Below are positions 39,425-49,813 of a DNA stretch of 64,000 nt, piece by piece. Below the pieces are notes generated by a model. It was given only the letters and a program-made list of their open reading frames with translations. It ran no database searches and was not told the origin of the DNA. The translations under genes were made by a program, and so were the position numbers. How positions within the stretch are numbered: position 1 is the stretch's first letter; every line of letters starts with the position of its first letter. The stretch comes from a virus. The DNA lies in IMG/VR virus record IMGVR_UViG_3300024259_001791. The stretch is one strand, 5' to 3'.

Positions 39425-40332
39425 TGAATACAGTTTTTGTGGAAAATCAATATTTACGTCGTGAACTATGTGATTTTTTTAGACGCTTCTTTATCTATCC
39501 TTCTCGCATGATATCTAAAACTAACAAAATTATTCATTCAATTGATTTTGTCCAAGGCGGATTCAATGACTTCTCAGAAGTTCTGAGAAACAAAAGAGAA
39601 ACTGTTGTAACCGCGATGACGGAAATGCAATCTAGGTTAGATGAAGTCGAATCATCGTTGGGTGCTAACCGTTTGGTATTAAATGACTTACAATTAGAGT
39701 GGAAAGATAAAAATTTCCCTCATTCTCCTATTATGGAGAATACCAGTTTGAATAATTTCTTGTTATTTGCTGATTGGAGAATAGAATATGCCAAGCATTT
39801 GCAAGGCAAAGATGAATGGGTAAAAAACATTGCTTTCTATTTAGGTTGTATAAAGTTTATCAATAAATTGACTACTACATATATATGGTACAGGAGTCCG
39901 TTGTTAAAAAATCATTATAAAAAAACATGTAAACATTTGCAAAGTTTGATCGATTTGGAAAGAAAGGATTCTTTTGCTATCAAAAAATATTTGCCATTTC
40001 CAACTGATGAACAGAAAGAGCGTTTTGAATTCGTTGCCGCACAATTTGATGAGAGTGTTATCGAAGCCGAACCTCAAATTAAATGTTTACAAGAACAGTG
40101 CTTGTGCTTAGAAGGAATCAGAAAAGAGATATTGACAAAAATAGCTTCTAAATTAGAGGGCGATGGTTTTGTGGAGTTTATAGCAACAAGAATGGGTGAA
40201 TTGATTTATGAACAATGTGCTGATACTGATACGAGGCATAAAGTTAGTTTAGATGAAAGCGGCTTATTAAAAGGAAAACTGATGAAAAAATTTTCTGCCT
40301 CACATCAATATATATGGGAAGAAGCGTTATAA
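39421..40332 (+). CDS. hypothetical protein
   Basis: 303-aa ORF with ATGA overlap. Confidence 0.7.
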   Translation: MMNTVFVENQYLRRELCDFFRRFFIYPSRMISKTNKIIHSIDFVQGGFNDFSEVLRNKRETVVTAMTEMQSRLDEVESSLGANRLVLNDLQLEWKDKNFPHSPIMENTSLNNFLLFADWRIEYAKHLQGKDEWVKNIAFYLGCIKFINKLTTTYIWYRSPLLKNHYKKTCKHLQSLIDLERKDSFAIKKYLPFPTDEQKERFEFVAAQFDESVIEAEPQIKCLQEQCLCLEGIRKEILTKIASKLEGDGFVEFIATRMGELIYEQCADTDTRHKVSLDESGLLKGKLMKKFSASHQYIWEEAL

Positions 40333-40420
40333 TGGTTAGAAGGAGAATGATACAATGACGACGACAATATTCATTTTTATCCCCACCTTAATTTTGGTTA
40401 TACTAATGGGTTGAGCAGTT

Positions 40421-40822
40421 ATGGCTGCTCTTTGTTTTACCATAGAAGCATTAGATGCATTATTTGTCAATAACATTAGGGACTGGTGGGCAGATTTTAA
40501 ATTAAAGAGATGCATATCTAATATCAAAAGGAGTTTTTTGGGTTCTCCCATATGGAGTAAGAAAGGACTTTTCGGCTCTGGGTGTTTCTTAATAGGAGCA
40601 GCATTATTCTTGTTCCAAACATCTTTAATGGTATTTTATGGAGTATACATCTGGTGGCATTTAATGACAATCCCGGCAGTAGGATTTTTATTTGCTGGTT
40701 CTGGACTTATGATACTTTCAGAAGTATATGAAGATAGAGGATACATTAGTGGTTTTGATGTCGGACAGTATTACGATGATGAGGAACAGATAGATAAGGA
40801 TAAAGAAAAATCAAATGAGTAA
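40421..40822 (+). CDS. membrane protein
   Basis: hydrophobic segments; start uncertain. Confidence 0.55.
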   Translation: MAALCFTIEALDALFVNNIRDWWADFKLKRCISNIKRSFLGSPIWSKKGLFGSGCFLIGAALFLFQTSLMVFYGVYIWWHLMTIPAVGFLFAGSGLMILSEVYEDRGYISGFDVGQYYDDEEQIDKDKEKSNE

Positions 40823-41504
40823 TTATAAACCGTTAGATCAAGATCGTTTAACAGACGTAATCAGTCAAATAGCTACATTGAAAAGATTTCTTTCAATGTT
40901 TCTTAACAAAATTAAAAACATTTCAACTGATGCTAATCTAATGCTCGATAGTTTTCAGTCTACAGATTTGGAAAAAGAAGAGAGAGATAGAGTTCAGCAG
41001 ATTAAAGTTGCAATAGGTCAAACTCTTTATGATTTCAGAGAAATACAAATGAAAGCGATAGAAAACATTCAAGAGTCTTGTGCCAATTTGGATGAATTGA
41101 ATGCTGATATATGTCAAAATCATAAAGCATTGATTGAAGAGACTCGTGAAAAAGATGAGAAGATCATAGCGGAGTCTAGAGAACAAATATCGGGTATGAT
41201 AGAGCAGTCGGAAAAAGTTCACGATAATCCATTCCAAACTGCATTGTTTGAAATGGAGAAAGAAAAGGTAGAGGCTTTGATCGATGTGGCTGTAGGAGAA
41301 TTGGAACAAGAAAATGAAAATCTTGAGAAGGTGGGGAATTGGGACGTAAGTGAATTAGATTTAAAAGAGGGGCCAGAACGTCCTCCTATTGTAGATGTTA
41401 AAGAAAGTGATTTAAAAATAACAGAACTGAAACCCAAAGTGGAATCCAAAGAAAGTTTGTGGCGTAGAGTTGTAAATTATTTTGATTTGAGAGAGGAAAA
41501 ATAA
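40815..41504 (+). CDS. coiled-coil protein
   Basis: heptad-rich, acidic. Confidence 0.7.
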   Translation: MSNYKPLDQDRLTDVISQIATLKRFLSMFLNKIKNISTDANLMLDSFQSTDLEKEERDRVQQIKVAIGQTLYDFREIQMKAIENIQESCANLDELNADICQNHKALIEETREKDEKIIAESREQISGMIEQSEKVHDNPFQTALFEMEKEKVEALIDVAVGELEQENENLEKVGNWDVSELDLKEGPERPPIVDVKESDLKITELKPKVESKESLWRRVVNYFDLREEK

Positions 41505-42856
41505 TGTCAGATTCAAGACCTGTTTTAAGCAATGAGATTTATGGAGAAAGCAATCTTCACCTTACTGGCGTTGTCCATTATCTTTTGGAAGATTTAGAAA
41601 AGGCTACTGATGAAAAATGGATTTACTTTGACAAACAAGGTGGCGGCTGTGGACCGCCAGGGGCCGGAGAAAATTTTTCGTTAGACTTTATTAAACATAG
41701 AGTTGAAAATTACCCTGAATTCATTCCCATTACTCTTCGTGGTTTGGGTGTTGATTTTCCTATAAAGTACAGTATATCTTCTCATTGTGATGTCGAAGAC
41801 ACGAATAACATGACTTCTCCCGCACCTTCTCTCAGCGAGGTCAATCTTAGCGATGTTAAAGACGATTATGGCATTGTTTCTCCTGGCGAGGGAATATTCG
41901 AAATAGGAGGTTTTAGATTTCCTTGGAATCACGAAGTCCTTCTAGAGCCTGTTGCTAGGGCTTCCATTTCTATTGGACGATATAATAGTCCATGGTCTTT
42001 TAAGTTTATTAGAGAAAAAGATAAAAGCATTTTAAATGAGTTATATGCGGAATGGTTTAAAAATGATAAATGCTTTGTAGACGTAGAAATTTTTCCAAAA
42101 GCATCATATGCTTTGTTGGAAGTGATATCTAATACTTTCAATCCTGAAAAGATATCATTTTTGAGAAAAAGAGCATTGCCGTGTCAGTTGGGCGGATTAA
42201 TTAGTGGTCTTCCTGGAACTGGCAAATCGATGTTTGTAAAATTCTTAAAGAATGAGATACAAAGGCAAAAAATTGATGTTCTTTATAACACGTTTGAATA
42301 TTCAGCTTCGTCAATTGTGGACAATGCAAACCAAAATGTTCCATTGCCGCAAAGAGGATTAATTATTTTTGATGACATTGAAAGTGTTATTCAGCAGAGA
42401 GTACAGGGGGAACCCTTTAGTGCGAATAACGCCACTTTATCTTGGTTACTGAATGAGTTAGATAGCGGAGATAAAAACGTATGTCGCTTGATACTATTAA
42501 TTACTAATTACAATGACAGTATTGACGAGGCCATGATAAGGGCAGGACGCCTAGATTTGCATATGACTTTCGAAGAACCTGATCCAGCTAAACTCTTACA
42601 TTTGCTTGAGTTCCATACAGAGGATGATATTCCACCGGCACTTCGACCTAAAATTATTGAATTAATGAAAAACAAAATGGATGTTTTGAATTTCGGAAGT
42701 ATATCTTTACTGTGTCGTTTGGCTTATACTATGACTGACCAGTATTTTAAAAGTATAAATTTTTGGGAATTGGTTATTGATCAAATGCTCAACATGAATA
42801 TGAGTAGCGGAAAAAGTGAATTTGGATTTCAAGTTCTAAAGAAATATGAAGAATAA
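41504..42856 (+). CDS. AAA+ ATPase
   Basis: GLPGTGKS, IFDDIE, LITNY and arginine finger IRAGRLD. Confidence 0.88.
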   Translation: MSDSRPVLSNEIYGESNLHLTGVVHYLLEDLEKATDEKWIYFDKQGGGCGPPGAGENFSLDFIKHRVENYPEFIPITLRGLGVDFPIKYSISSHCDVEDTNNMTSPAPSLSEVNLSDVKDDYGIVSPGEGIFEIGGFRFPWNHEVLLEPVARASISIGRYNSPWSFKFIREKDKSILNELYAEWFKNDKCFVDVEIFPKASYALLEVISNTFNPEKISFLRKRALPCQLGGLISGLPGTGKSMFVKFLKNEIQRQKIDVLYNTFEYSASSIVDNANQNVPLPQRGLIIFDDIESVIQQRVQGEPFSANNATLSWLLNELDSGDKNVCRLILLITNYNDSIDEAMIRAGRLDLHMTFEEPDPAKLLHLLEFHTEDDIPPALRPKIIELMKNKMDVLNFGSISLLCRLAYTMTDQYFKSINFWELVIDQMLNMNMSSGKSEFGFQVLKKYEE

Positions 42857-43240
42857 TGGAGGACAAAATGGAAAAAAAAGATAGTAAGTTATTCAAAGAT
42901 TTAAAAGAAGGCATAACTATGGCTGCTATTCTTTTCGAAATAGGTGATCTCATGGGTGGCAAAGCAGTCGTAAAGAAATTAAACGAGTTAGTCGAAGAGG
43001 ATTTGGATAAAGAATTAAAAAAGGAGTAGAATTACAATGGGAGTATGTTTGTTTACAGACCGCTTAAAAACTGTAAATCCCAGCATAACATGCTTAATAT
43101 CCTATATATACTATTTGTCGCAAATCCGTGGAATATCATTACCGTAGGTGTCGTGATAGTTCCCCCGCTACTTCTATGGAGTGTCGAAAGAGATAAAAAA
43201 CGCCGCAGAAAAGAGAAAGAAGATAATACCAGGAGATAAA

Positions 43241-43567
43241 ATGATTAATACATATGTTCTAATCAGACCTAATAAAAAAGCCTATATTATTGCAGCAGAG
43301 GATGAATCTCAAGTAATGACAATGGGTAACAACGAAGATGGACTCGATGAATGCGAGTGCATTGTAGAAATGGTGCCAGCACCAGATGAGTACGCTTTTA
43401 CAATCGACACAATAGATTATGAAGATGCTCAAAGACTTATCAAGATAAAAGAAGGCGGCATTGAGTACGCTAAGTTATGTAAAGAAATAGTAGAGATAAA
43501 ACAATTAGAAAAAGAGACTAAAGAAGAAATAAAAGAATTGGAAGATGATCTCGACAACGCTCTATAA
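43241..43567 (+). CDS. hypothetical protein
   Basis: ATG 43241 behind AGGAG (track start 43181). Confidence 0.65.
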   Translation: MINTYVLIRPNKKAYIIAAEDESQVMTMGNNEDGLDECECIVEMVPAPDEYAFTIDTIDYEDAQRLIKIKEGGIEYAKLCKEIVEIKQLEKETKEEIKELEDDLDNAL

Positions 43568-43586
43568 TGGGGTGTAGGAGAGAGCG

Positions 43587-44252
43587 ATGAAAACAAAGAA
43601 GAACAAGAAAAGCAAAGACGGTCTTTGGTGGTTTTTCATTAGCATGATGATCTTGTTGAACATGAACTTGTGGACATTTACTTGGTTCAAAAATGTTCAT
43701 GACTGTGAAACAAGCAGAACCATATTGGCAAGTATACCTGCGACGTTTGCCAAGATAGCAACATACCGTGACGATTATAAGGCAGACGAAGTTACATACC
43801 AAAAAGGACCAGAGGGCAATATCTATGCCATTAAAGCAGATGAAGCGGTAACGCTTTTAAAGGCTTTGTTCCCTAATGCCAAAGTCCTTGTGACAGACAA
43901 ACAATATGCCATTTTTTCTAATGATTGGTTTTGGCAATGTTATTCTCCGTGGTTACAGAAAAACATTCACGGAAAATATGTATATACAAACAAATTTGAT
44001 TGCGAGAACTTCGCTGTATACGCTTGCCACAAACTAAATGAAATTCACAGATGGTCGCAAGATACAGAAGCAGGAGGCATCGCTTTTGGGGAACTTTATT
44101 ACGAAGTAGACTCTACTATGTCTCACGCTATTAATTTCTTTTTGACAGTAGAGGAAGGTCAATATAAATATTGCTGTTATGAGCCTCAATCTGGCAATGC
44201 TATGGTCTTTGATAAAGAAGCAAGAAATAAAGTAGTCTATATCAGACTCTAG
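43587..44252 (+). CDS. membrane-anchored papain/transglutaminase-like cysteine protease
   Basis: N-terminal TM; FDCENFA (Cys), SHAINFF (His), YEPQ (Glu); CTATAAT at 43562. Confidence 0.65.
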   Translation: MKTKKNKKSKDGLWWFFISMMILLNMNLWTFTWFKNVHDCETSRTILASIPATFAKIATYRDDYKADEVTYQKGPEGNIYAIKADEAVTLLKALFPNAKVLVTDKQYAIFSNDWFWQCYSPWLQKNIHGKYVYTNKFDCENFAVYACHKLNEIHRWSQDTEAGGIAFGELYYEVDSTMSHAINFFLTVEEGQYKYCCYEPQSGNAMVFDKEARNKVVYIRL

Positions 44253-44261
44253 GAGATCGAA

Positions 44262-44579
44262 ATGACAGGATTACAAATCTTTATTCTTATTTGTGTGATT
44301 AATGCCGTATTCGCTGCGACAACGCAGTGTGTGACAATATGGTATTTTAATCATCATTTTGATACGCTTGCAAAACTTGCGAAATTCGGTAGTGACAAAA
44401 CTCCTAGTATGGCTAGGCTATACCTCAATATGTTTTTTGCGTGGCCCCTTATACTCTTGTTTCTATATATAATTCATTATCATCCCGACAATGTGTTTGA
44501 TAATGACCATGAAGCAGCTAGAAAGCAGTTTGACGAAAAATTTGAAGAATGGAAGGAAGATAACGATGAAGATAAATAA
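44262..44579 (+). CDS. membrane protein
   Basis: two TM segments; SD GGAG. Confidence 0.65.
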   Translation: MTGLQIFILICVINAVFAATTQCVTIWYFNHHFDTLAKLAKFGSDKTPSMARLYLNMFFAWPLILLFLYIIHYHPDNVFDNDHEAARKQFDEKFEEWKEDNDEDK

Positions 44580-45741
44580 AATCAGATACATTTTGATTGG
44601 ATTGATTTTTGCGTTTTTGTGCCCAACAGCAGTAGCGGAAGAGAAAACGATTGTTGATGCAGAAATCGCTGCCGTTAAGGGAGAGTATACGGCTGCGTAT
44701 ATCATTGCGTTTAGATTATATCAAGCCGCTAAAGACCCACAATCGAAAAAAGAAATGGCCGCGTTGTATCAATACTACGTTGCTCGTGGAAAATTGCAAA
44801 CTAATCCAAAAGATGCTAATTCTAGAGCAAAGTGTCTGACATACCTTGTTGTCGAAAAAGACAATTTGAAAGAAGCACAAGGGTTATTGACAGAAGATGT
44901 ATGGGAAGTGTGGAATACATATATTCCTCTTGCCATTAAACCATTAGCAGAAATCGACGCAGTTGCTTCTTGGGAATTGGCAAATTGGTATAATGAATTG
45001 ATGTCCAAATCGGTAAACCCCACTGTGTGTAAACAGCGTTCCATATTGTATTTACAACATTTTTTGAAATTGCACACAAAAGATGATAAACAGAAGCAAC
45101 TGGCAGAATTGATGCTCATTAAGCTTGTAGAAAAAGGAAAATTAACGCTCGGAGAAAACGGAGAATGGGTTGATTTATTAAAATTGATAGATGTCAAAAA
45201 ACATGCCATACACGGATCATGGAAAATAATTAATTCTGAGCTTCACGGCAGCTATGGTACTAGTTCAAAGGGAGCCATAGTCATCCCTGTTATGCCACAA
45301 GGTGATTATGAACTTTCTATTGGTTTCACAAGAGTAAAGGGGGGTAATCAGATACGCATATTACTTCCTGTCGGCAGTGGAGAGGCATCCATGTCAATAG
45401 CTAATTTGGGTAAATATTATGGATTAACCCTAGTTGATAAAAAAGACATATCTAAAAATGGAACTAGAAAACTTGGGATGAAAATCTTGAATGGACATAA
45501 TCATTCATTAAAGTTCACGGTTCATTTGAAAAACGATATGGCGGATATCGCAGTCTATTTTGACGACAAAAAAACGCTAGAGTGGAAAGGTAAGCAATTA
45601 TCGCTATCGATTCCGACAGCAGGTTTTTGTGCATTCCCTCTTAAGGGGCGTTTGGGATTAGTAAATTATGACCACTTTATTTTCACGGAAATTAAACTAC
45701 GTATGCTTTCAGGAGAACTAAAGAATGCCACAGAAAAATAA
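44566..45741 (+). CDS. secreted protein with helical N-half and ConA/lectin-like beta-sandwich C-half
   Basis: signal peptide ending AVA-EE; WVDLLKLID, GDYELSIGFTRVKG and alternating beta strands. Confidence 0.6.
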   Translation: MKINKIRYILIGLIFAFLCPTAVAEEKTIVDAEIAAVKGEYTAAYIIAFRLYQAAKDPQSKKEMAALYQYYVARGKLQTNPKDANSRAKCLTYLVVEKDNLKEAQGLLTEDVWEVWNTYIPLAIKPLAEIDAVASWELANWYNELMSKSVNPTVCKQRSILYLQHFLKLHTKDDKQKQLAELMLIKLVEKGKLTLGENGEWVDLLKLIDVKKHAIHGSWKIINSELHGSYGTSSKGAIVIPVMPQGDYELSIGFTRVKGGNQIRILLPVGSGEASMSIANLGKYYGLTLVDKKDISKNGTRKLGMKILNGHNHSLKFTVHLKNDMADIAVYFDDKKTLEWKGKQLSLSIPTAGFCAFPLKGRLGLVNYDHFIFTEIKLRMLSGELKNATEK

Positions 45742-45827
45742 TTCCAATTTAGGTACTACGATAGCGATAACAGGAACAGTGTTTTTTGTCATAGCTATAA
45801 TTCTGTTTTTAGCGAGTCATTTATAAA

Positions 45828-46040
45828 ATGGGACAAAAGAAAAAATACTGTAAGCACAAATGGCAATTGATTAAAGTCCAAAGATACGGACCACAATTCC
45901 GACAATGCAATAAGTGCAAAGTAATTATGAAGAGATCAAAAATCATGACAGATAAAAAAGTTAGAAGTGAACGTCATGGAGAAAAAATAACATTGTTTAT
46001 TTGGGACAAATGGAGAAAGGCCACATTAGAAGATGAATAA
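45828..46040 (+). CDS. small basic Zn-ribbon protein
   Basis: CKHKW and CNKC; CTATAAT at 45795. Confidence 0.55.
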   Translation: MGQKKKYCKHKWQLIKVQRYGPQFRQCNKCKVIMKRSKIMTDKKVRSERHGEKITLFIWDKWRKATLEDE

Positions 46041-46245
46041 CGGATGGCTCAATGGCAAACATATCGCTGTAAGTATTCGTGTGAATCATGTTCCTCAATA
46101 TGTCCCCTATACAATAGATTTAGTAGAATATCGTCGTCGTGAAAGAGTTATATCCCTTAACCGATGGCTTTTTTTTGAGTGTATTCCTCCGACTGATAAC
46201 GAAAGTTTGTTAAAAGACTCTACGGAAACCCCATACGATCTATAA
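46033..46245 (+). CDS. hypothetical protein
   Basis: ORF track; overlap with upstream gene. Confidence 0.45.
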   Translation: MNNGWLNGKHIAVSIRVNHVPQYVPYTIDLVEYRRRERVISLNRWLFFECIPPTDNESLLKDSTETPYDL

Positions 46246-46345
46246 TGTATCATGGATAAGATATTCCCAATCATCGCGTTGTGTGGAGTAGGAGTATATC
46301 TTATTTATGTCGCAATAGAAACTCATATTAATAGGGAAAAAGAAA

Positions 46346-47122
46346 ATGACTGAATTTAAATATAAAGGCATTCGTAATAACGGTTGTTTGGTCAAGGGTA
46401 AGGTCGATGCTGAAAATGGCGGCTATGCCTCTTATCAGTTGAGACATATGGGTATTTGGCCTCTATCTATTAAAAACGATGATAATGTTCATATCGCCTA
46501 TAGACTTCCAAAGAAAGCTGTTTATGCTGGCAGTTTTGATCCTTTAACTTTTGGTCATATTTGGGTGATTAAATACGGTCTTAAATTATTCGATGAACTT
46601 ATTATCGCTGTTGGAGAAAATCCTGATAAGAAATATACATTTTCATTAGAAGAACGATTAAAGATGATCGATGAAACTATTGATAAGGAATACATGGGAG
46701 ATTATTTCCGTGGAGAAGAAAGCGAATTTCATCTTGGTTCTTGTTATAATTTCTCAGACGATGGTGATAAAAAAATAATGATAGAAGAAGTACATTCATC
46801 ATTTTCTGTCTGTCCTTTAGGGAATCGATTTCTTGTTGATCTAGCAACAGAAATTCACGCTCAATTCATCTTAAGAGGAATGCGAAACGAAAGTGATTTC
46901 GTATTTGAGCAGGAAATGGCTCATTTCAATTCTGAGCAAGAATGTCGAATAAGTACCATCTGGGCACCTTGTCCAAGACATTTAACTGGATTAAGTTCTA
47001 GCATGGTTAAGGGGCTGTGTGGGCCTAAGTATTGGGAAGATAGAGTAAGAGACATGGTGCCAGAGCCAGTTTTCAAAAGATTGGTTGAATGGCAAAAAGA
47101 GAAGGATAAACAAAATGGCTGA
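46346..47122 (+). CDS. coaD: phosphopantetheine adenylyltransferase with N-terminal PilC/GspF-like extension
   Basis: YAGSFDPLTFGH, NPDKKYTFSLEER, ILRGMR..SDF..E and SSSMVK; first 42 aa match the PilC N-terminal pattern. Confidence 0.85.
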   Translation: MTEFKYKGIRNNGCLVKGKVDAENGGYASYQLRHMGIWPLSIKNDDNVHIAYRLPKKAVYAGSFDPLTFGHIWVIKYGLKLFDELIIAVGENPDKKYTFSLEERLKMIDETIDKEYMGDYFRGEESEFHLGSCYNFSDDGDKKIMIEEVHSSFSVCPLGNRFLVDLATEIHAQFILRGMRNESDFVFEQEMAHFNSEQECRISTIWAPCPRHLTGLSSSMVKGLCGPKYWEDRVRDMVPEPVFKRLVEWQKEKDKQNG

Positions 47123-47645
47123 TAAAATTGCCGTTGAAGCATTGACCGTAGATTTAAAGTTCGTTAAAGAAATGGAAAGATTTCTTAATGATTGTTTGGT
47201 AGATATAGACAAAATCAATGTATCAGAGTATGTTGAAAAAGATAGGGTAACTATATTTCAGACAAGTAGTTATGGGGGCGACGGTAAGGAATTTCGTATC
47301 AATCAAGGCAATCATACTATTGGAATAAAAAGGAAAAGGGATTATAGCCTGTTCCAATATAGTGTTGGCTATGTAAGCACAAAAACAAAAAATGAACATA
47401 GTGTTTGTTCTAAGTATAAGAGTTCTACTTCGTGGTTAGAGAGCGTATTCTATAAAGAAAAATCTTTAGAAAATCAAATCTGGACAATACAAAACAAAAT
47501 GTTTAAAAACATTGAGGACATTTTGCGTCTTAAAAAGAAAATGGAAGAAAAAGTATCAGCAGAAATATGTCTATCAGAAATAACTCCGAAGGAAGAACCA
47601 AAACGCAAGAAATCGAAGAAGCAAAAATCTAAAGATACTACATAA
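47115..47645 (+). CDS. hypothetical protein
   Basis: ATG 47115 behind AAGGA. Confidence 0.65.
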   Translation: MADKIAVEALTVDLKFVKEMERFLNDCLVDIDKINVSEYVEKDRVTIFQTSSYGGDGKEFRINQGNHTIGIKRKRDYSLFQYSVGYVSTKTKNEHSVCSKYKSSTSWLESVFYKEKSLENQIWTIQNKMFKNIEDILRLKKKMEEKVSAEICLSEITPKEEPKRKKSKKQKSKDTT

Positions 47646-47674
47646 AACCATTCACAACTGTTCTATAATTAGTT

Positions 47675-48646
47675 ATGATGACTAAGGCATTAGAACAAAT
47701 CGGATTCTACACCTTGTGCGATAACCGTGCATGTAACGTGTCAGCCACTTCTCCAATGTGGCGTTGCGAATTGATTATCACACCTGAATGCAACTTTAAT
47801 TGCCCTTACTGTAGAGGGTTACGTGAAGATTGCAGAGAGGTTATCTCATTAGAGAAGGCTATTAAGATCATCGATTGGTGGGCTGATGATGGATTAAAGC
47901 ACATCAGATTAAGCGGTGGAGAGCCTACAACTCATCCTGATTTGGCTAAGATGATTGCACACGCCAAGAGCCGTGGAATTGAGCGTATTGCTATCTCTAC
48001 AAATGGTTCAGCAGAGATGGACGTATACAAGGATTTGGTAGAGAAGGGCGTTAACGATTTTTCTATTTCCTTGGATGCCTGTTGTGCATCTTTTGCTGAC
48101 CGTATGGCTGGAGTCGGCAAGCAATTCGAACGTATTGTTACAAGCATCAGAGAATTGTCTAAGTTGACCTATGTTACAGTAGGTGTTGTTATTACAGAAG
48201 ATACAGTAAAGACGTTGGTGGATATCGTAAAGTTCGCTGACAGTTTAGGTGTAGCAGATATCCGTATTATTTCTGCTGCTCAGTTTAATGCAGTATTAGA
48301 TGCTGCCAAGGATATCCCTCAAGATATTTTGGACAGACATCCTATTTTGAAGTATCGTGTTAATAACATCTTGAATGGAAGAAATGTAAGAGGATTGACA
48401 GACGAGGATTCTCACACTTGTCACTTATTGTATGATGACAGTGTAATTGCAGGGAATTATCACTTCCCTTGTGTGATCTACATGCGTGAAAATGGTGACG
48501 CAATCAGTGAAATCGGACCAAATATGCGTCAAGAACGTATTGAGTGGATGAAGAATCACGACGCATTCGAGGACGAAATTTGTCGTAAAAATTGTTTAGA
48601 TGTTTGTATCTCATATAATAATAAGTTCGAAGAATTAAGAAGATAA
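47675..48646 (+). CDS. radical SAM protein (MoaA/SPASM-twitch-like)
   Basis: CNFNCPYC, LSGGEPT, ISTNG and SISLD; C-terminal Cys cluster (CRKNCLDVC). Confidence 0.88.
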   Translation: MMTKALEQIGFYTLCDNRACNVSATSPMWRCELIITPECNFNCPYCRGLREDCREVISLEKAIKIIDWWADDGLKHIRLSGGEPTTHPDLAKMIAHAKSRGIERIAISTNGSAEMDVYKDLVEKGVNDFSISLDACCASFADRMAGVGKQFERIVTSIRELSKLTYVTVGVVITEDTVKTLVDIVKFADSLGVADIRIISAAQFNAVLDAAKDIPQDILDRHPILKYRVNNILNGRNVRGLTDEDSHTCHLLYDDSVIAGNYHFPCVIYMRENGDAISEIGPNMRQERIEWMKNHDAFEDEICRKNCLDVCISYNNKFEELRR

Positions 48647-48664
48647 AGTTGACGCTATAATATA

Positions 48665-48847
48665 ATGAAGGAGCAAGAAATGGGACTTTTTTTCAGTTGT
48701 CTAGTGGTCGTTGCGGCAGCGTGTTTGGCCGCACAGGAGATGGATCACATGTCATGTCCTCGATGCGGAAGCGAACATATACTACACGCTGACCCTTCAA
48801 TAATTACGGACACAATGATGTGTAATGATTGTGACAATATTTGGTAA
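48665..48847 (+). CDS. small Zn-ribbon protein
   Basis: CPRC and CNDC; CTATAAT at 48655 and SD AAGGAG (true ATG probably 48680). Confidence 0.5.
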   Translation: MKEQEMGLFFSCLVVVAAACLAAQEMDHMSCPRCGSEHILHADPSIITDTMMCNDCDNIW

Positions 48848-48933
48848 AAGAGAATAAGATGACTATTTTCACAATTATAATTGGAATAGCATCAGTGTTC
48901 TTACTTATCGTATTATTCCCAAAGAAGCAATAA

Positions 48934-49809
48934 ATGAAAAAAACTCAAGATAAAGTTAACAAGACATTTGTAGAAACATTCGGCAATACGCCGCTTGCTC
49001 AACGCCTAGATGATATCTTTGGTGAGGCGTTAGAGTTACGTCGCTTCGTTAGCCTAAAGAATATCAAAGAAGAGGCTGGTGATCTTCTCGCCTCTACTCT
49101 GCAATTATGTAATGAATGCGGATGGGATGCTGACGATCTAGTACAGGCGACATTGGATAAGATCAAGTACAGAGAATCACAGTATAAAAGTCTTGGTCGC
49201 AAAACGAATGTAGCATTGCTTGGTGGAGCATTTAATCCTCCGACAAAAGGGCATATCCAATTAGCAAAATACGTACTTGATACTAGCAAAACATTTGATG
49301 AAGTTTGGTTAACCCCCTGCTATAAACACATGTATAATAAGGAGTTGGCATCATCAGAAGATAGACTTGCGATGTGTGAATTAGCAGCAGCAGAAGATGG
49401 AAGAATTAAAGTATTCGATTACGAAATCAAGAACGAATTAGCTGGAGAAACCTATCAGTTAGTTAAGAGATTGTTGGACGAAGATTTTGCTAAAGACCGT
49501 TATGATTTCTCAATTATTGTTGGCATGGATAATGCTAATACGTTTGACAAGTGGGTTAATTATGAATTCTTAGAAAAGATGATACGGTTTGTCGTCGTGC
49601 CAAGAAAAGGTGTAGAGCAAGATAGAAAAGTTACATGGTATTTGAAACCTCCGCATATTTATCTTGGTTCGCCTGATACGGAAATAATGGAAATATCTTC
49701 TACGAAAGTTAGGGAATCGATAGATAAACCGTTTTCAAATCCCCTTCATAGATATGTAGGTTTAAAAGTGGAAAAATATATTATAGACAAAGACCTTTAC
49801 TGGGAATAA
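48934..49809 (+). CDS. MazG-like domain fused to NadD-type nicotinate/nicotinamide-nucleotide adenylyltransferase
   Basis: N-term GEALEL, KEEAGDLL and TLDKIKYR (MazG-like); C-term LLGGAFNPPTKGH, IIVGMDN and EISST (NadD). Confidence 0.85.
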   Translation: MKKTQDKVNKTFVETFGNTPLAQRLDDIFGEALELRRFVSLKNIKEEAGDLLASTLQLCNECGWDADDLVQATLDKIKYRESQYKSLGRKTNVALLGGAFNPPTKGHIQLAKYVLDTSKTFDEVWLTPCYKHMYNKELASSEDRLAMCELAAAEDGRIKVFDYEIKNELAGETYQLVKRLLDEDFAKDRYDFSIIVGMDNANTFDKWVNYEFLEKMIRFVVVPRKGVEQDRKVTWYLKPPHIYLGSPDTEIMEISSTKVRESIDKPFSNPLHRYVGLKVEKYIIDKDLYWE

Positions 49810-49813
49810 AATT

